Assembly (NCBI GenBank): GCA_051294905.1
Contig: CM119380.1
Location: 23,126,001-23,190,000, forward strand
DNA: 64,000 nucleotides
Source: Botryllus schlosseri
Taxonomy: Eukaryota
Direction of reading: 5' to 3'
Positions 61,648-64,000 of the stretch are shown one piece after another. Numbering within the stretch: position 1 is the stretch's first letter; every line of letters begins with the position of its first letter. The notes beneath the pieces are model-generated. The model had not been told where the DNA came from. It was given only the letters and a program-made list of their open reading frames with translations, and did not search any database. The translations under genes and the position numbers were made by a program.

Positions 61648-62503
61648 CAGTGGCGTGCGGTCAAATGAGGCAAGTGAGGCAGTCCCTCACCTGTCGTCAG
61701 GATGAGTAAGAGAAAATTGTGAAAACCCTCGATGATTGTTGATATTTTCCATCATCGATGTTCATTAATAACTAAATTTGAACATTTTTTCGCCCAGCAT
61801 CATCAATTTGCATAATTATTATTCAAAAAATACAGCGCGAAAGGTGAGGTGAGGCACGGGCGGGTCGGCCGACACGTAATGCGGAGCAAATACATTCCCT
61901 TACTGATATAGCTGATGTGTATTTTCCACCCATACCTATAACTTTAATTGTGGTATGTGATAGTTTTACTTACTCACATAGCCTGCTTTGTCGTTGTTTG
62001 TGGTCGGTATAGTGTGTTCAACTGCAATAGTCATTTACACCAGGTGGATATTCTATGTTATGATATTATATTTGTATTTGCCGACTTGTAGCACGTCCCA
62101 CTTCTAGGCTTGTGTAAGACACCGCTTGGAACAGATGGCGACTAGTAGCCTTAGATAGCCTGCGTATGAAGATGGCTAATGTGATAATAAACAGATTGCC
62201 AACTTAATCAGCTAACCTCGCAGGTTTTATATATTTGCGAATCCTGATCCAAGGAAATCTGCATCCGCAACCAAAATCATCAATTTAACCCTTATTTTCC
62301 ACAGTCTGAATGATGTCTTATAAATACGCATCGTAGATTGTATAATTGCAACGGCTAGCAGGGTGTAAAGAAACCGCTCTCGCCTACCCTTTTCTCTTGC
62401 TTATGTTGTCATTCACAATTTGTGTATATTTATTAGGTAATTTACGTGTGAGTGTGAGGGGAGTCAGTGCCTCACCAGCCATGAACCTCACCGCACGTCA
62501 CTG
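61648..62503. mobile_element. Non-autonomous TIR element with CAGTGGCGTGCGGT termini
   Basis: Left CAGTGGCGTGCGGT, right ACCGCACGTCACTG; flanking direct repeat CAATGGTGAC/CAATGGTGTC. Confidence 0.8.
62073..62128 (+). repeat. Conserved ~56-bp dispersed motif, second copy at 50842-50898
   Basis: TGTAT(C/T)TGCCGACTTGTAGCACG(G/T)CCCACTTC...GTAAGACACCGCTTG in both places; possibly a retroposon 3' UTR piece. Confidence 0.6.
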
Positions 62504-62606
62504 CAATGGTGTCTACATCACAATTTTTCATCATGCGCTTCTTGATATAAGCGCTACGCAATGCCAAGCCCAGTCTTGCTTCAGTTAGGATATTGCGGTA
62601 CGTTGA

Positions 62607-64000
62607 TGTGGTGTATTACGTCAGTCCAATCACGTCGAATGATCATTTCTCATGTCTACTAATTGGTGCTTTTACGTTGCTTATAAGTGCTCGGAGTTGT
62701 CTGTTTGGTGGCTTATTTTTGTTTGTGAATAAAGACACAACATTGGCGACGAGGATGAACAACGAAACTCCTGCGGTCGGAAGCCGAGGATACGGGAAAG
62801 TGCCCGAGTTCAACTTGGGTGAAGACGGGTGGGACGAGTATGTCGAACGCTTGGAGCTCTACTTTGAAGCGAATGGTATTACCGACGAAGGAAAAATGAA
62901 AGCTGTCTTGCTAACAGTCTGTGGGTCGAAAGCATACAGCCTCGTTCGAAATCTCTCGACACCCGAAAAACCGAAAGATAAGAGTTACCGACAAATAGTT
63001 AAATTGCTCGGGGATCATCTTACGCCGAAGCCGTTGTTAGTGGGAGAGCGGTATAAATTTAATCTACGGGTCCAAGACGAGGGTGAACCTGTCAATGCCT
63101 TCGTCGCGGCACTGAAGAAATTGTCGGAACATTGCGAATTCGGGGCATTCTTAACCCAAGCAATTCGAGATCGGCTCATCTGCGGTCTGCGCTCGAGACC
63201 TATCCAAGAGCGCTTACTATTGGAGAATGATTTGAGCTTAGAAGACGCCGTTAAAAAAGCTGTCGCAATGGAAGCAGCGGGGAGACAACTTTTCGATACT
63301 GGTAGTTACAGCACCGCGATGGTACGAAGGGAACAGCGGGGGGCTCGAGAATACCAGGAATGCAAGCGCTGCGGGAAATCTAACCACGGAGAAGACCACT
63401 GTATCTTTCGCACAGCGCTGTGTCATGCGTGCAGACGGGTCGGACACATAAGGAAGATGTGCCCCGGAAAAGGTACAAGGCGAAAGAGTAAGACCGCATG
63501 CAAGATTAACTGTTTGAGCGGATCGACGGAAAAGCAATCAACTGATGATGCTGGTAACGGTGACGACTGCGGTTCCGAGTCCTCGGCAGACGACAGTGTG
63601 AGTATCTTGATGAATATCAATTTCGTAGAAGGGAAAGATGAGATTCGCGTAGATATTGGCATCAACGGTATTATCATTTCTATGATATTCGATACAGGTG
63701 CTGCAGTATCCGTAATTTCGAAGTATTTACTGTCGGAGAAATTTCCTCTTGCGACGCTGGAGCCATGCAACATTAAATTGAAGGCATACAAGGGCGAAGT
63801 TCTGCCGGTATTGGGTAAAACCGTGGTGATGGTGAGCTATCAGGGACATGATTGTAAATTGCCTTTGATTGTTTTGGATATGGAAGCTCCGCCGTTGTTC
63901 GGTAGGAACTGGATGCGTAAAATACAAATGAATTTGCCAAAATTAATCGGATTGGTCTCGGATAGCGGTCAGAGTGGGAATTCGAGAGATTGCCTAAGCA
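62607..64000 (+). mobile_element. Gypsy (Mag-like) LTR retrotransposon, 5' end, truncated by the window
   Basis: Short putative LTR TGTGG...AATAAAGACACAACA (62607-62742; left boundary tentative) and PBS TGGCGACGAG at 62744. Confidence 0.85.
62755..64000 (+). CDS. Gag-protease polyprotein (3'-partial; absent from the ORF track because it has no stop in the window)
   Basis: Open from ATG 62755 to the window end: WDEYVERLELYFEAN, ERYKF, IRDRLICGL, two zinc knuckles (CKRCGKSNH...C and CHACRRVGHIRKMC), aspartic protease FDTGAAVSVI and LFGRNW. Confidence 0.92.
   Translation, partial: MNNETPAVGSRGYGKVPEFNLGEDGWDEYVERLELYFEANGITDEGKMKAVLLTVCGSKAYSLVRNLSTPEKPKDKSYRQIVKLLGDHLTPKPLLVGERYKFNLRVQDEGEPVNAFVAALKKLSEHCEFGAFLTQAIRDRLICGLRSRPIQERLLLENDLSLEDAVKKAVAMEAAGRQLFDTGSYSTAMVRREQRGAREYQECKRCGKSNHGEDHCIFRTALCHACRRVGHIRKMCPGKGTRRKSKTACKINCLSGSTEKQSTDDAGNGDDCGSESSADDSVSILMNINFVEGKDEIRVDIGINGIIISMIFDTGAAVSVISKYLLSEKFPLATLEPCNIKLKAYKGEVLPVLGKTVVMVSYQGHDCKLPLIVLDMEAPPLFGRNWMRKIQMNLPKLIGLVSDSGQSGNSRDCLS

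Overview
Eukaryotic genomic DNA with GT-AG introns (many 57-76 nt) and CpG-rich introns; an invertebrate, plausibly a chordate such as a tunicate, but the species cannot be determined here. Bases 1-42.7 kb hold the 3' part of a focal adhesion kinase gene (PTK2/FAK) on the + strand. Seventeen exons reconstruct in frame from the Y397-equivalent exon through the kinase domain to the FAT domain; the FERM exons lie upstream of the window. The most unusual feature is four long, intronless, Ser/Pro/Arg-rich reading frames (1-1330, 2743-4891, 32854-34667, 36834-37202). Each ends at a splice donor whose phase matches a downstream FAK exon. They predict FERM-less FAK and FRNK-like isoforms with large disordered N-terminal tails carrying SH2, SH3 and LD-like motifs. 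A secreted-type LRR gene is nested antisense in a FAK intron (1900-1372) and probably interleaves with a FAK exon. FAK introns carry fully palindromic hAT-type MITEs and other dispersed repeats. From about 43.7 kb the window is nested transposons: several hAT MITEs with 8-bp TSDs, a decayed hATm-type element sharing its termini with the intronic MITEs, an apparently intact pogo-type DD35D transposon with a PHD finger, a LINE remnant, and the 5' end of a Gypsy (Mag-like) LTR retrotransposon. No rRNA, tRNA or CRISPR features are supported.
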